Below are positions 48,496 through 57,600 of a stretch of DNA of 57,600 nucleotides, in pieces. The stretch's first letter is position 1, and each line of letters begins with the position of its first letter. Under the pieces are notes generated by a model. That model ran no database searches and was not told the DNA's origin. It saw only the letters and a program-made list of their open reading frames with translations. Made by a program: the position numbers and the translations under genes. The DNA is from Promethearchaeota archaeon (GTDB lineage: Archaea > Asgardarchaeota > Lokiarchaeia > Sigyniarchaeales > SOKP01), in contig JABXKD010000009.1 in the NCBI GenBank assembly GCA_013375475.1, positions 1-57,600 on the forward strand, given 5' to 3'.

Positions 48496-49614
48496 TTAAT
48501 CTTTTAAAACACTAGGGATTTTCCCTTCAATTAGTAAAAAATCTAATATAACTATTGCCGCTATAGATTCAACAACTACTATTGCTCGAGGAACTATGCA
48601 AGGATCGTGCCGGCCTTCGATTTTTATATCGTCTTCTTCCATTGTTTTAATGTTAACTGTTTTTTGGATTTTTCCTATTGAAGGAGTTGGTTTTACAGCT
48701 ACAGTAAATACAATTGGCATTCCGGTTGAAATTCCACCTATAATTCCGCCAGAATCGTTTTTAGTAGCTTTAATTTCACCATTTTTGATTGTCCATGGGT
48801 CGTTATGTTCTGAACCTTTCATTCTTGATGCTCTAAATCCCGCACCAAACTCAATCCCCTTTACTGCTGGTATTGAAAAAACACCTTTGCTGATGTTAGA
48901 TTCTAGGCTGTTAAAAATTGGTCCTCCGATTCCAGGAGGAAGTTTATTAATTATGCAACGAATAGTACCACCAACAGAATCGTTAGCTTTTTTAGTAATC
49001 TCTATCAATTTTTCCATTTTTTTTGAAATTTCGATATCCAACGCTCCCACTGGCGATTTTTTTCTCCGTTGGAGGAGAGGTTCGAGATCATTAATAGAAT
49101 GATCTTTGTTATCTTCAACATTTCCTACACTTTTAGTGTACGCTAAGATTGAAATGTTAACCTTACTCAATAATTGTTTAGCAATAGCTCCTGCCATGAC
49201 AAATCCGGCAGTGATTCTTCCTGAAAACCTTCCAGAACCGCGAAAATCTGCAAAATCACCAAACTTCTGCAAACTTACATAATCAGCATGAGAAGGCCTT
49301 AATAGATTTTTAGAACTTTCGTAGTTTGAAGAATCTACATCTTGATTCTTAATAATTAGACAAATAGGAGCACCTGTCGTTCTATCATTAAAAATTCCCG
49401 ATAACGCCTCTACCCTATCTTGTTCTTTACGGGCTGTAGTAAAACTCGATTGTCCTGGTTTTCTTGTGTTTAATTCGCGTTGGATGTAATCTAGATCAAT
49501 TTTTAATCCCGCAGGAGTTCCATCAATAACGACTCCAACCACTTTACCATGACTTTCGCCAAAAGAAGTAATTCTAAATTTCGTTCCTAATGTATTATCT
49601 CCCATTTTTATCAT
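48496..49614 (-). CDS. aroC: Chorismate synthase
   Basis: FGESHG, RPSHADY, SIPAVKGIEFG, GGISTG, KPTPSI, GRHDPC. Confidence 0.96.
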   Translation of the reverse strand: MIKMGDNTLGTKFRITSFGESHGKVVGVVIDGTPAGLKIDLDYIQRELNTRKPGQSSFTTARKEQDRVEALSGIFNDRTTGAPICLIIKNQDVDSSNYESSKNLLRPSHADYVSLQKFGDFADFRGSGRFSGRITAGFVMAGAIAKQLLSKVNISILAYTKSVGNVEDNKDHSINDLEPLLQRRKKSPVGALDIEISKKMEKLIEITKKANDSVGGTIRCIINKLPPGIGGPIFNSLESNISKGVFSIPAVKGIEFGAGFRASRMKGSEHNDPWTIKNGEIKATKNDSGGIIGGISTGMPIVFTVAVKPTPSIGKIQKTVNIKTMEEDDIKIEGRHDPCIVPRAIVVVESIAAIVILDFLLIEGKIPSVLKD

Positions 49615-49821
49615 CCTATTTAGAATGCTAAAGCTCCAATCAACTATTTATTTCAATTATGATAATATGAGTAGTCTTCACTTATTATTTTTTATGAATC
49701 GTAATTATCATATCCTTTAAATCTAATAGTGTAAAAACGCTAAAAATAAAATAGAAATATAATAAAAGTCTTCTTTTATTTTAATTTAAGAACTTATAGT
49801 ATTAATTTTTAAAACAGATCA

Positions 49822-51147
49822 ATGAAACTAAAAATTTATCCGACAACAAAACTTCAAGGGGAGATTACTGCTCCGTCTTCTAAAAGTTATTCTCATCGTG
49901 CTTTTATAGCGTCTAGCCTTGCTAAAGAAGTATCCATAATTAAAAAACCTCTGATATCGGGGGATGTAAAAGTTACAATTGAAATTTTAAATACATTAGG
50001 TCATAGAATTACAAAAGTATCAGAAGATACCTATATGGTTAAAGGTAGCTCCGGAAAAATAAAAGCTATTAATAAAACTCTAGATTGTAAGAATTCTGGG
50101 ACTTCTCTTCGGATCTTTTGCGCTTTAGCTTTGTTGATTGAGGGCGGGCTTACTTTTTCGGGAGAGTTTCTAAAAAGAAGGCGACCTATTATACCGTTAC
50201 TAAAGGCTTTAGAATTGCTTGGGGGAAATTACGAATTATTTGATGAAACTTTAACGATCAAGCGTAAAGGGAAGAATTGTAGCCCAATAGAATTACCAGG
50301 AAATATAAGCTCCCAGTTTATAACCGCTTTACTAATGATATGCCCTTTATTGACATGTAAAAAGACTAATTCTATTACGATAAACATAACATCTCCTATC
50401 ACATCATATCCTTATGTAAAAATCACTTTAGATGTATTAAAATCATTTGGAATTAACATTCAAGAAAATTTAAACGAAAGCAAGCTTGGTAAATATATAA
50501 TATCTTGTGAACAAAATTATAGAGCCCAAACTTACGAAATTCCTGGTGATTTTTCATCAGCTTCTTTTATGATCGTCGCTGCTATCCTTTCCCCGGAAGA
50601 CTCGAAAGTAATTATAAATAATCTCAATTTTGACAAACCCCAAGGCGACCGAAAAATAATTGAGATACTTCGGAGGATGGGAGCTAAAATTGAAGTATTT
50701 AGGGATAAAAAAAGTATTACTGTAACTGGTAATTTAAGTAAATATCCCTTAACAGGTATAGCTGTTGATATCGAAGATACTCCCGACTTATTCCCTATCC
50801 TATCTGTTGTTGGAGCATTTGCAAAGGGCAAGACAGAACTTTATAACGCTTCAAACATTAGGGGTAAAGAAAGCGATAGAATTTCACTAATCGCCCAAGG
50901 TTTAAGTAAAATGGGTGTTAGGGTAAAAGAAGGAGAAGATTTTCTCACAATATTTCACTGCGATCAGTTAGAAGGCTCTATTATAAGTCATGAAAATGAT
51001 CATAGAATCGTTATGGCACTTACAATTGCGTCCTTGTTTGCTAATACACCTTCCCAAATATCCGATATTGAGGTTGTTGAAGATTCCTACCCAAATTTTA
51101 TTGAGGACATCATAAAGTTGGGAGCGAAAGTTGATAAATTAGAATAA
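49822..51147 (+). CDS. aroA: 3-phosphoshikimate 1-carboxyvinyltransferase (EPSP synthase)
   Basis: PSSKSYSHR, NSGTSLR, SSQF, PGDFSSA, R.KESDRI, DHRIVM. Confidence 0.96.
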   Translation: MKLKIYPTTKLQGEITAPSSKSYSHRAFIASSLAKEVSIIKKPLISGDVKVTIEILNTLGHRITKVSEDTYMVKGSSGKIKAINKTLDCKNSGTSLRIFCALALLIEGGLTFSGEFLKRRRPIIPLLKALELLGGNYELFDETLTIKRKGKNCSPIELPGNISSQFITALLMICPLLTCKKTNSITINITSPITSYPYVKITLDVLKSFGINIQENLNESKLGKYIISCEQNYRAQTYEIPGDFSSASFMIVAAILSPEDSKVIINNLNFDKPQGDRKIIEILRRMGAKIEVFRDKKSITVTGNLSKYPLTGIAVDIEDTPDLFPILSVVGAFAKGKTELYNASNIRGKESDRISLIAQGLSKMGVRVKEGEDFLTIFHCDQLEGSIISHENDHRIVMALTIASLFANTPSQISDIEVVEDSYPNFIEDIIKLGAKVDKLE

Positions 51148-51164
51148 TACCAAAATCCTTTAAA

Positions 51165-51581
51165 TTATCGAAAAGATTTTTGTCTTCTTGCTCGAGCCTT
51201 TTTTCCACCAAAATGCTTTGGTTCAGTTCTCCTTGAATCTCCAGAAAGTAATGATTCTTCGTATTCTCTAAAAGACTTTTCAATAGTTTTTGTACCAATA
51301 AATTTATTAAGGGATTTAGCAATAGCAATTCGTACGGCGTCAGTCTGCCCCATTGTTCCACCCCCCTTTACAGATATATTAATATCGCACTTTTCTATCT
51401 TAGGATGATCGATAACTTCAAAAACTTCTTGAATACGCATTCTTGCGATATCGGGTTCGTAGTTTTCTAGCGGGACATTATTAATTTTAATCTGTCCTTT
51501 AGCGGGATATTTTAGCACAGCTCGAGCGATTGCTGTTTTTCTTTTTCCTGAAGATTGAATTACTTTTGTTCTTTCTGACAT
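51165..51581 (-). CDS. rps9: 30S ribosomal protein uS9
   Basis: GKRKTAIARA, V.GGG.MGQ.DA.R, D.RRTEPK.FGG..ARARRQKSFR. Confidence 0.97.
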   Translation of the reverse strand: MSERTKVIQSSGKRKTAIARAVLKYPAKGQIKINNVPLENYEPDIARMRIQEVFEVIDHPKIEKCDINISVKGGGTMGQTDAVRIAIAKSLNKFIGTKTIEKSFREYEESLLSGDSRRTEPKHFGGKKARARRQKSFR

Positions 51582-51586
51582 AAGTT

Positions 51587-52057
51587 TTAAACCTCAATTT
51601 CTAATTTGTTCCAACCAATTCTCGAACAAAGATTTTCTAGAGTAATATACTTGTTGTAATAGGAAAGTCTTTTTTTATCTGAAAATGGTATTTCCGTTGG
51701 GATTAATGTTTGATATCTATTCTGAAACCGTTCCGGAATTGCTCCGATATAAACATGTACGCGTTTTAATGCATCCTTACCTCTAATTTTTTTCGTTGGA
51801 AGCATTTTCTTAATTACATTCCTCATAAATGTATCAGGTCTTCTCGGCCAGAAAGGTCCGCGCCTTGGATTAGTTGCAGTGCTAATATTTAATTTGTTTA
51901 AATATTTTTCATGAATATCCCGCTTAGAACCACTAATTATAGCTTCTTTAGCATTTATTATGACGATTTTTTCTCCCAATAACGCCTTTTTAGCTACTTG
52001 GCTACAAAACCTTCCTAAAATCTTGTTCTTCGCGTCCATTAAAAGGTATTCTTGCAT
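51587..52057 (-). CDS. rpl13: 50S ribosomal protein uL13 (archaeal)
   Basis: DAKNKILGR..S.VAK..L.G, GPFWPRRPD, MLP. Confidence 0.96.
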   Translation of the reverse strand: MQEYLLMDAKNKILGRFCSQVAKKALLGEKIVIINAKEAIISGSKRDIHEKYLNKLNISTATNPRRGPFWPRRPDTFMRNVIKKMLPTKKIRGKDALKRVHVYIGAIPERFQNRYQTLIPTEIPFSDKKRLSYYNKYITLENLCSRIGWNKLEIEV

Positions 52058-52082
52058 TTGACTCTCTCTCGAATTTATATTT

Positions 52083-52439
52083 TTAATAAAAAACTTTTAC
52101 ATTTTTCCCCTTGGGATTTTGCTCAAATAGTTCTTCTATCGATAAAAGTTTACCGCCTGAAGATTCTATTTTTTTTTGAGCAGCTTTAGAACAATCTAGA
52201 CAAGCAATAGTTAATTTATGGTCAATAGCACCAACACCTAATACCTTACCGGGGACAACTATTACATCATTTTCTTTTGTTTTATTATTGATTCTATAGA
52301 GATTCGCTTCTACTCGATCTCTCCTAGCTCCTGAAAGTTTTTTTGATACCTTTCTCCAAATTCTTCTTTTAGTCTTCCACAATTCGCGAATCAGCTTCCG
52401 ATTGTAATAATTACTTGGTCCCGTAATTCGATGACTCAT
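52083..52439 (-). CDS. rpl18e: 50S ribosomal protein eL18
   Basis: IW..V...L....R.R..NL.RI, VVPGKVLG.G, NPKG. Confidence 0.95.
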   Translation of the reverse strand: MSHRITGPSNYYNRKLIRELWKTKRRIWRKVSKKLSGARRDRVEANLYRINNKTKENDVIVVPGKVLGVGAIDHKLTIACLDCSKAAQKKIESSGGKLLSIEELFEQNPKGKNVKVFY

Positions 52440-52608
52440 TTTGTGCTCATTTGTTTAATTACTAGAAAATTAATCTTGAGAATTGCCCAAAACTTAAATA
52501 TTTTTTCGATTTATTTAATTGTCTTTTATTCTTATGCTCAGAAAGTAATCAGTAAGAATCAATTATTTTTTTTCTTAAGTTTATTCACGTTCGCAAGACA
52601 ATAAACTC

Positions 52609-53904
52609 TTAACTTAATATTAAAGTATAAAGCATCGTATATCCTAAAATTATAAAAAAATGAATCATTGCGAAAAAGGCACCGTTTTTTAGTAAACGTC
52701 TGTAATTCAAATTTTCCACTTTATACTTTTTTGCTAAAGTTAGGGTAAGAAGATCACAGGCTGAACCTTGTGGTAAAAAATTGCCCGCCATATTAACACC
52801 ACTTATAAAAGCAATGATTATCGGATTAGGAAAGAAACCCTTGCCTATGAATACCGAGAAAATCGGGAGAAGAATAATGGTAACAGGTGTACCGGCAAGA
52901 AAAGCAGACAGTAGAGAAGATATACCTAATGTTATCAATACTGCTAGATAAATATTGTCATTTAGCAAATTTACCAATCCTGTTGATATTAACTCTGAAA
53001 AACCAAAAAATGATAAAGAATTTGAAAGGATGAACAGAATCGCAAAAACTATGATAATTTTCCATACTATCTCGTTTTTGATGTCCGAGAAACTAGTATC
53101 CTTATATTGAATTAGAAGAAGAATCGCTGCGGATATGATAGCAACAAGGGCAGGGTTGAATCCTAAGAACATAAACGTGAAAGTTGCAAGAACAATTAAA
53201 ATTGTTGTAGTAAAGTATGTTTTACTTCGGATAACGATACTGGGGTCAAGCATTGATATTAGGATCTTCTTGTTCTTTTCAGTTGGCTTTTCTTCTTTTT
53301 TTAAAATTAACCGATCTATCAAGTAAATGGTGGATATTAGTGAAATTAAGAATAAAATGCCCATATTAGCAAAATATTCTAGAAAACCCCATCCAAATTC
53401 CTCACCGATGATGAGGTTTTTTAAACTTGAGATAGGTGTGAGGATAGCACCGACGTTTATCGTAATGGTCATTCCCATCATATAAGTACCTGCAGGAATC
53501 TCTAAAGCTCGGCAGGTTCTGTAAATCAACGGAATTAATATCAATGAAAGGGTTAAGTCCTCAATGAAGGCAACCATAGTGCCTGTAAATAAACAAATAA
53601 TATAGAAAAATAAGCGGTTATCTCCCTTTGTGATATGAATCATTTTAATAGCGAAATATTCCAAAACCCGGTTATGAGTTGCAAAATAGATAACTATTTG
53701 CATGGCAAATATGAAAATTAATGTGTTAAAATTGATAAACCCAAGAATTTCTTCCTCTTTAACATTCCAAATGGTGAGCATTGCAACTACTGCGATTGCT
53801 CCTATAATTAAGGCAATAGGGAAGTAGTCAAATTTATTTTGAGAAAAAAAACCCATTAAAATTGCAAATAAAACCAATATTAAAATGATTGCTGGAAGGT
53901 TCAT
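52609..53904 (-). CDS. ArsB/NhaD/SLC13-like ion-transporter superfamily permease
   Basis: About 12 TM helices; NVGAILTPISS..NLII and NMAGNFLPQGSA repeated hairpin motifs. Confidence 0.82.
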   Translation of the reverse strand: MNLPAIILILVLFAILMGFFSQNKFDYFPIALIIGAIAVVAMLTIWNVKEEEILGFINFNTLIFIFAMQIVIYFATHNRVLEYFAIKMIHITKGDNRLFFYIICLFTGTMVAFIEDLTLSLILIPLIYRTCRALEIPAGTYMMGMTITINVGAILTPISSLKNLIIGEEFGWGFLEYFANMGILFLISLISTIYLIDRLILKKEEKPTEKNKKILISMLDPSIVIRSKTYFTTTILIVLATFTFMFLGFNPALVAIISAAILLLIQYKDTSFSDIKNEIVWKIIIVFAILFILSNSLSFFGFSELISTGLVNLLNDNIYLAVLITLGISSLLSAFLAGTPVTIILLPIFSVFIGKGFFPNPIIIAFISGVNMAGNFLPQGSACDLLTLTLAKKYKVENLNYRRLLKNGAFFAMIHFFIILGYTMLYTLILS

Positions 53905-54034
53905 TCAATTAAGTGAAATGGTTTTTATTTTAAAAAAGATCACATTAATTAGGAAGTTATAATTAGTTTTTAGGTTTAGTTCAAGATTGGAAAATATCTT
54001 CGATGTAGCAATAAAACGCAAATTTTTTGAAGAT

Positions 54035-54874
54035 TTATGATTCTACGTCAAGTTCCTCTAAATTTGTGCTAAATTCATCAATCTTCTCATTAAATATCTT
54101 AAAAATCTGGCGAATTAATACTTTAAATTCTAAAACGCCATCGCTTTCTATTGACAGAATGTATACATCTTCTTTAGGATTAACTTTAATTTTATCATCT
54201 GAATTATTCTTACATGACATACATAAATTACATGACTTCCAATAATCCTCTTTTAGTTTTAGAGATTCGTTATTGGTTAATTTAAATAGCTTTTCAGGAC
54301 ACATCTTGACTATTAAGCGATTTTCCTCTGGATCTTTAAATAAATTTCCATCAAATTCAACCAAGGGATAATGTCTATAAGCCACATTTGAAACGGCTTG
54401 CCATTTTGCATGATCTTTAGCTAATCCTAAGATTGCATAGGCTTCGATAATTACCTTATCATTCTTATCAATCTTAACAATTGGGATGTTAGGATCAACC
54501 GGTATTATCTTTGGATCATTTGATTTTAAATCACCAGAGTATATCTCTAAAGGGGTATTAGTGGTATTAGTAATTTCGCAGGTTAAAGAAACTTGGCATA
54601 ACGGACACCCAAATCCACCACATTCGCATTCTTGTGGCAATTTATATACATCTAAATCTGTTTTAAGAGGAATGAGTCCAAGTCTATGAGAAATAATTTC
54701 GTCATATAGCGGAGAATCATTCTTTAAAATAATAACCTCGTCAATTGCCATGACCGGTATCTCTGTAAGTATAATTCGTCTTAGAGCGTTAATCATTTCA
54801 ATTGAGATACCTTCAACTACCAACACTAATTTGTGTTCAGTTTGGTCAAGAACATCAAGTTTTAAGGGGATCAT
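54035..54874 (-). CDS. rpoD: DNA-directed RNA polymerase subunit D (Rpo3)
   Basis: NALRRIILTEIP.MAIDEV, NDSPLYDEIISHRLGLIPL, G.AKDHAKW, IESDG. Confidence 0.97.
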   Translation of the reverse strand: MIPLKLDVLDQTEHKLVLVVEGISIEMINALRRIILTEIPVMAIDEVIILKNDSPLYDEIISHRLGLIPLKTDLDVYKLPQECECGGFGCPLCQVSLTCEITNTTNTPLEIYSGDLKSNDPKIIPVDPNIPIVKIDKNDKVIIEAYAILGLAKDHAKWQAVSNVAYRHYPLVEFDGNLFKDPEENRLIVKMCPEKLFKLTNNESLKLKEDYWKSCNLCMSCKNNSDDKIKVNPKEDVYILSIESDGVLEFKVLIRQIFKIFNEKIDEFSTNLEELDVES

Positions 54875-55100
54875 AGTCTTTAACAGCTTTACACTTGTAA
54901 ATAATGCATTAATTACTTGTAGAAATATGCAATTTAAGATAAATTTTACTGTTTAAATTAAAAAAAGGTTTGGTTGACCAATTGATATTAAAATGTATTA
55001 ACATAACATTACTTAATATTCCTAATAAAAGTAATAGCTTGAATAAGTGTGAGTATAATAAATCGAAGTATGACTAATTAATTAAAATAAGAAATAATTA

Positions 55101-56099
55101 TTATCTCGAAATATCTCGCTTTTTAAAGAGAAAATATCCTAAAAGTAATAACCCAATAGCTATTGAGAGTAGAAAAATGAACGATCCTAAAGGTGAATAA
55201 TAATCATTACGAGTAAAAGAGATCTCCCACGTGTACTCATCAAATTCTTGAGTATATAAACCAAACATGTAAAGAAAATACATCATACTCTCAGAAACTC
55301 CCCCTGAAATGATATTCAAAATTCCTATGTACGCATTGAACAAATGATAGGCTAAATCAAAATGGAACAATTGAAATTGGACATATATTGGAACCTCACT
55401 ATCACCTATGTACATATACATAAACATTGGTCGAAAAGTCATTAAAACAAAAAACGTAACGATAACAATTAATAAGGGTAATAATATAGCATTTCGCGTC
55501 TTTTTAAACAAACAGGAAAAACCAAATGCGATGCTCTGAAAGAATAATTGAACTATAAGAGAAAAAAGCAGATTTATAACGAAGAATTCTGCCACACCCT
55601 CAAAAGCATATTTTAATGGGGCGATTAAAGTTATTAGAGATAGCGATGCTATGTTAATTAAAAATCCGAAACAGGTAAGTGCGAGATACTTTGTGACCAA
55701 TATTTCTCCTCTTGAAATTGGCTTACTTATGAGCGTTAGCATCGTTCCAGATTTTAGCTCTTCTGCAATAAGAGGTGCACCAACAACAGTAAGTATGATT
55801 GGGAACATTATACTGTATGTGTAAAAACTGTAAGTTAAACCAAGGTAATCGTTTAACGAAGTGTAATATAACTCAAAACCAGGAGGAATCATAAGAATAG
55901 CCATTAAAGGACCTAAAACCATGAGAATTATAGAAACGAGTAATTTGGGAAATTTAAACATGTCTTTAAATAACGTTTTTTTAAAAAGAATAACGCTTGG
56001 TGTTGTTAAATTCATCATTAACCCCGATTTCTCGTCCTTCATATCTATATTATCCGTAGTTTCTTCCCCAATTTCAGATTTTATAATTTTATGATCCAT
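55101..56099 (-). CDS. ABC-2 type exporter permease
   Basis: IAEELKSGT..LISKPISR.EI...KYL; multiple TM helices; overlaps the ATPase gene. Confidence 0.88.
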   Translation of the reverse strand: MDHKIIKSEIGEETTDNIDMKDEKSGLMMNLTTPSVILFKKTLFKDMFKFPKLLVSIILMVLGPLMAILMIPPGFELYYTSLNDYLGLTYSFYTYSIMFPIILTVVGAPLIAEELKSGTMLTLISKPISRGEILVTKYLALTCFGFLINIASLSLITLIAPLKYAFEGVAEFFVINLLFSLIVQLFFQSIAFGFSCLFKKTRNAILLPLLIVIVTFFVLMTFRPMFMYMYIGDSEVPIYVQFQLFHFDLAYHLFNAYIGILNIISGGVSESMMYFLYMFGLYTQEFDEYTWEISFTRNDYYSPLGSFIFLLSIAIGLLLLGYFLFKKRDISR

Positions 56100-57072
56100 T
56101 TCGTTTACCCTCGTCTTTATTTATAATTTCCAAAAATGCATCTTGAAGACTTGATTCGGGTTGATAAAAAGATTTTAGAATTAATTCTTTTTCGATAATT
56201 AATTTTGGTATTTCCTTTTGAAATTGTTCGATATCATTAGTATTGACATAAATTTTTTTTTCTTTTTCATCAATCCAAGCATTTGTTATTATTTTTAATT
56301 CTTTAATCACGGATAGGAATGTCTCATTAGAATTGGTATCAATTACATAGAGATTAGTAAAATTAGAAAACCACTTTTTAACATTTTGTATAGTATCAGT
56401 TAATTTGATCTTCCCCTTATTGATGATGGTGACTCTATCACACATTTGTTCGACTTCAGAAAGCACATGACTTGAAATAAAAATACTCATATCTTTTGAG
56501 ATTTTCCTTACATAATCAATAATTTTTTTTCTTACGAGAGGGTCTAAGTTGCTCGTAGGTTCATCTAAAATTAAGAGTTTAGGATTATGTATTAATCCCG
56601 CTGCTAATCCAATTTTTTGTTTCATACCCATAGAATAAGTCTTGATTTTCCGATCCTTCTCTTCCATCAAATCAAAAAATTTCAGTAAATTCAGTGCTTT
56701 TTGTTTTGCAATGTTTTTAGGAATCGAATTCATACGTGCTAAAAAAATTAAATATGCTAGTCCCGTAAGTTTTTCATAAAAAGCAGGATCTTGAGGGAGA
56801 AATCCTATAAATTCTCTAGCTTTTTTAGTACCAGCTTTTTTACCTTTTAAAAAAGCATTCCCTTCTGTAATTGAAATAGCTCCAATTAACATGTTAATTG
56901 TTGATGTCTTTCCAGCACCATTTGGACCTAAAAATCCATGAACTCCTGACCTCATTGTAAAATCTATTCCATCTACAGCGAGTACTTTTTTTGTACCAGT
57001 TCCATAAACTTTGGTGAGTTTATTTGTCCAAATATAATAATCCTCAATATTATCTTGTTGAATAGATTTCAT
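56089..57072 (-). CDS. ABC transporter ATP-binding protein
   Basis: GPNGAGKTS, YSMGMKQK, LILDEPT, SSH. Confidence 0.94.
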   Translation of the reverse strand: MKSIQQDNIEDYYIWTNKLTKVYGTGTKKVLAVDGIDFTMRSGVHGFLGPNGAGKTSTINMLIGAISITEGNAFLKGKKAGTKKAREFIGFLPQDPAFYEKLTGLAYLIFLARMNSIPKNIAKQKALNLLKFFDLMEEKDRKIKTYSMGMKQKIGLAAGLIHNPKLLILDEPTSNLDPLVRKKIIDYVRKISKDMSIFISSHVLSEVEQMCDRVTIINKGKIKLTDTIQNVKKWFSNFTNLYVIDTNSNETFLSVIKELKIITNAWIDEKEKKIYVNTNDIEQFQKEIPKLIIEKELILKSFYQPESSLQDAFLEIINKDEGKRNGS

Positions 57073-57272
57073 AATTTCATTGTAAATAGGATTTCATTTT
57101 AAGTTATATTATCAAAAATAGCTTTATAAACATTTTTGATTACCGAAACGCACGTTTAGAAATTTAGGCTTAAAAATTTTTAAAATGACAATAGCCTAAT
57201 ACAGGGGGAATTTACCTGAAGAAATGGAATTAAATCTTAATTATTCAAACATTTATAAAATAAAAGAAATAA

Positions 57273-57600
57273 TTAGTAAAATTTCATGTATTCATAAGCT
57301 TTGTTTGGAGATTGAAAACAGTAGTGTATTTCTTGAAACTGTTTTTTAAATTCAACAACTTCTTCTTTAACCTTCTTAGGATCTTTCTTGTCGATTAGTA
57401 AATCTTTGAAGAAATCTGCTATATCTACCATTTCACTTTTACCCATTCCAAGGCGTGTAACTTCTGAGGTTCCCAACCTTAATCCACCGGGATTTTTATA
57501 GTGTCTACCCTGTGCGATATCCCATGGTAAGAGGTTTCTGTTGATAATTATATTTGCATCTTCTAATAACCTCTCAATATCTCCCCCTAAACCAATATAT
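57273..57600 (-). CDS. glyA: Serine hydroxymethyltransferase, C-terminal part (5' end outside the window)
   Basis: Frame stays open to the edge: LEDANIIINRNLLPWD..NPGGLRLGTSEVTRLGM..F.EIHYCF. Confidence 0.9.
   Translation of the reverse strand, partial: YIGLGGDIERLLEDANIIINRNLLPWDIAQGRHYKNPGGLRLGTSEVTRLGMGKSEMVDIADFFKDLLIDKKDPKKVKEEVVEFKKQFQEIHYCFQSPNKAYEYMKFY

Noticed and set aside
52440-54034. tRNA-Leu often found between rpoD and rpl18e
   Set aside because: Both spacers are AT-rich with no cloverleaf or T-loop motif.
3006-54956. Many short opposite-strand or nested ORFs in the track (e.g. 3006, 3735, 22426, 27290, 29784, 44897, 48596, 54486)
   Set aside because: They overlap well-supported genes, have Ser/Ile/Phe-rich antisense composition and show no motifs.
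57164-57218. Small inverted repeats (TTAGGCT/AGCCTAA, TTAAAAATTTTTAA, CAGG/CCTG) upstream of the ABC genes
   Set aside because: Short or AT-only; expected by chance at this composition.
1-57600. CRISPR array, IS/transposase, integrase or provirus
   Set aside because: No regularly spaced repeats, and no transposase, integrase or capsid motifs in any ORF.

Overview
AT-rich archaeal chromosomal segment, most likely from an Asgard archaeon of the Lokiarchaeia. The basis is archaeal informational genes (rpl18e, rpl13, rps9, rpoD, EF-1beta, Rio2, Sm-like) together with eukaryotic-signature-type proteins (Rab/Ras-like GTPase, gelsolin-like domain, PPP phosphatase); the taxonomy is an inference. The window starts in an hdrC-hdrB-frhB-like-hdrA(N half)-hdrA(C half)-mvhD-hdrA(fused, partial) operon. 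It continues with lpdA, two tandem Lrp paralogs, GMP synthase subunit B, msrA, an acyl-CoA ligase, mutL/mutS, a 2-oxoacid:ferredoxin oxidoreductase split by a 4-PAS histidine kinase, an orphan N6-adenine methyltransferase, aroC/aroA, a fragmented rpoD-L18e-L13-S9 cluster, an ABC exporter and the 3' end of glyA. No rRNA, tRNA, CRISPR array or IS element was seen. The best candidate for an undescribed system is 9.2-10.4 kb: a GATC-dense intergenic region, an 8-Cys small protein, and a ~108-nt GC-rich hairpin with a K-loop-like top. The hairpin loop carries a 13-nt copy of the ribosome-binding leader of the convergent 88-aa gene. Other highlights are a gelsolin-like domain fused to four TM helices, a circularly permuted ATP-grasp ligase, and a 58-aa 4-Cys microprotein missed by the ORF track. 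All assignments are from motif recognition by eye; no searches were run.
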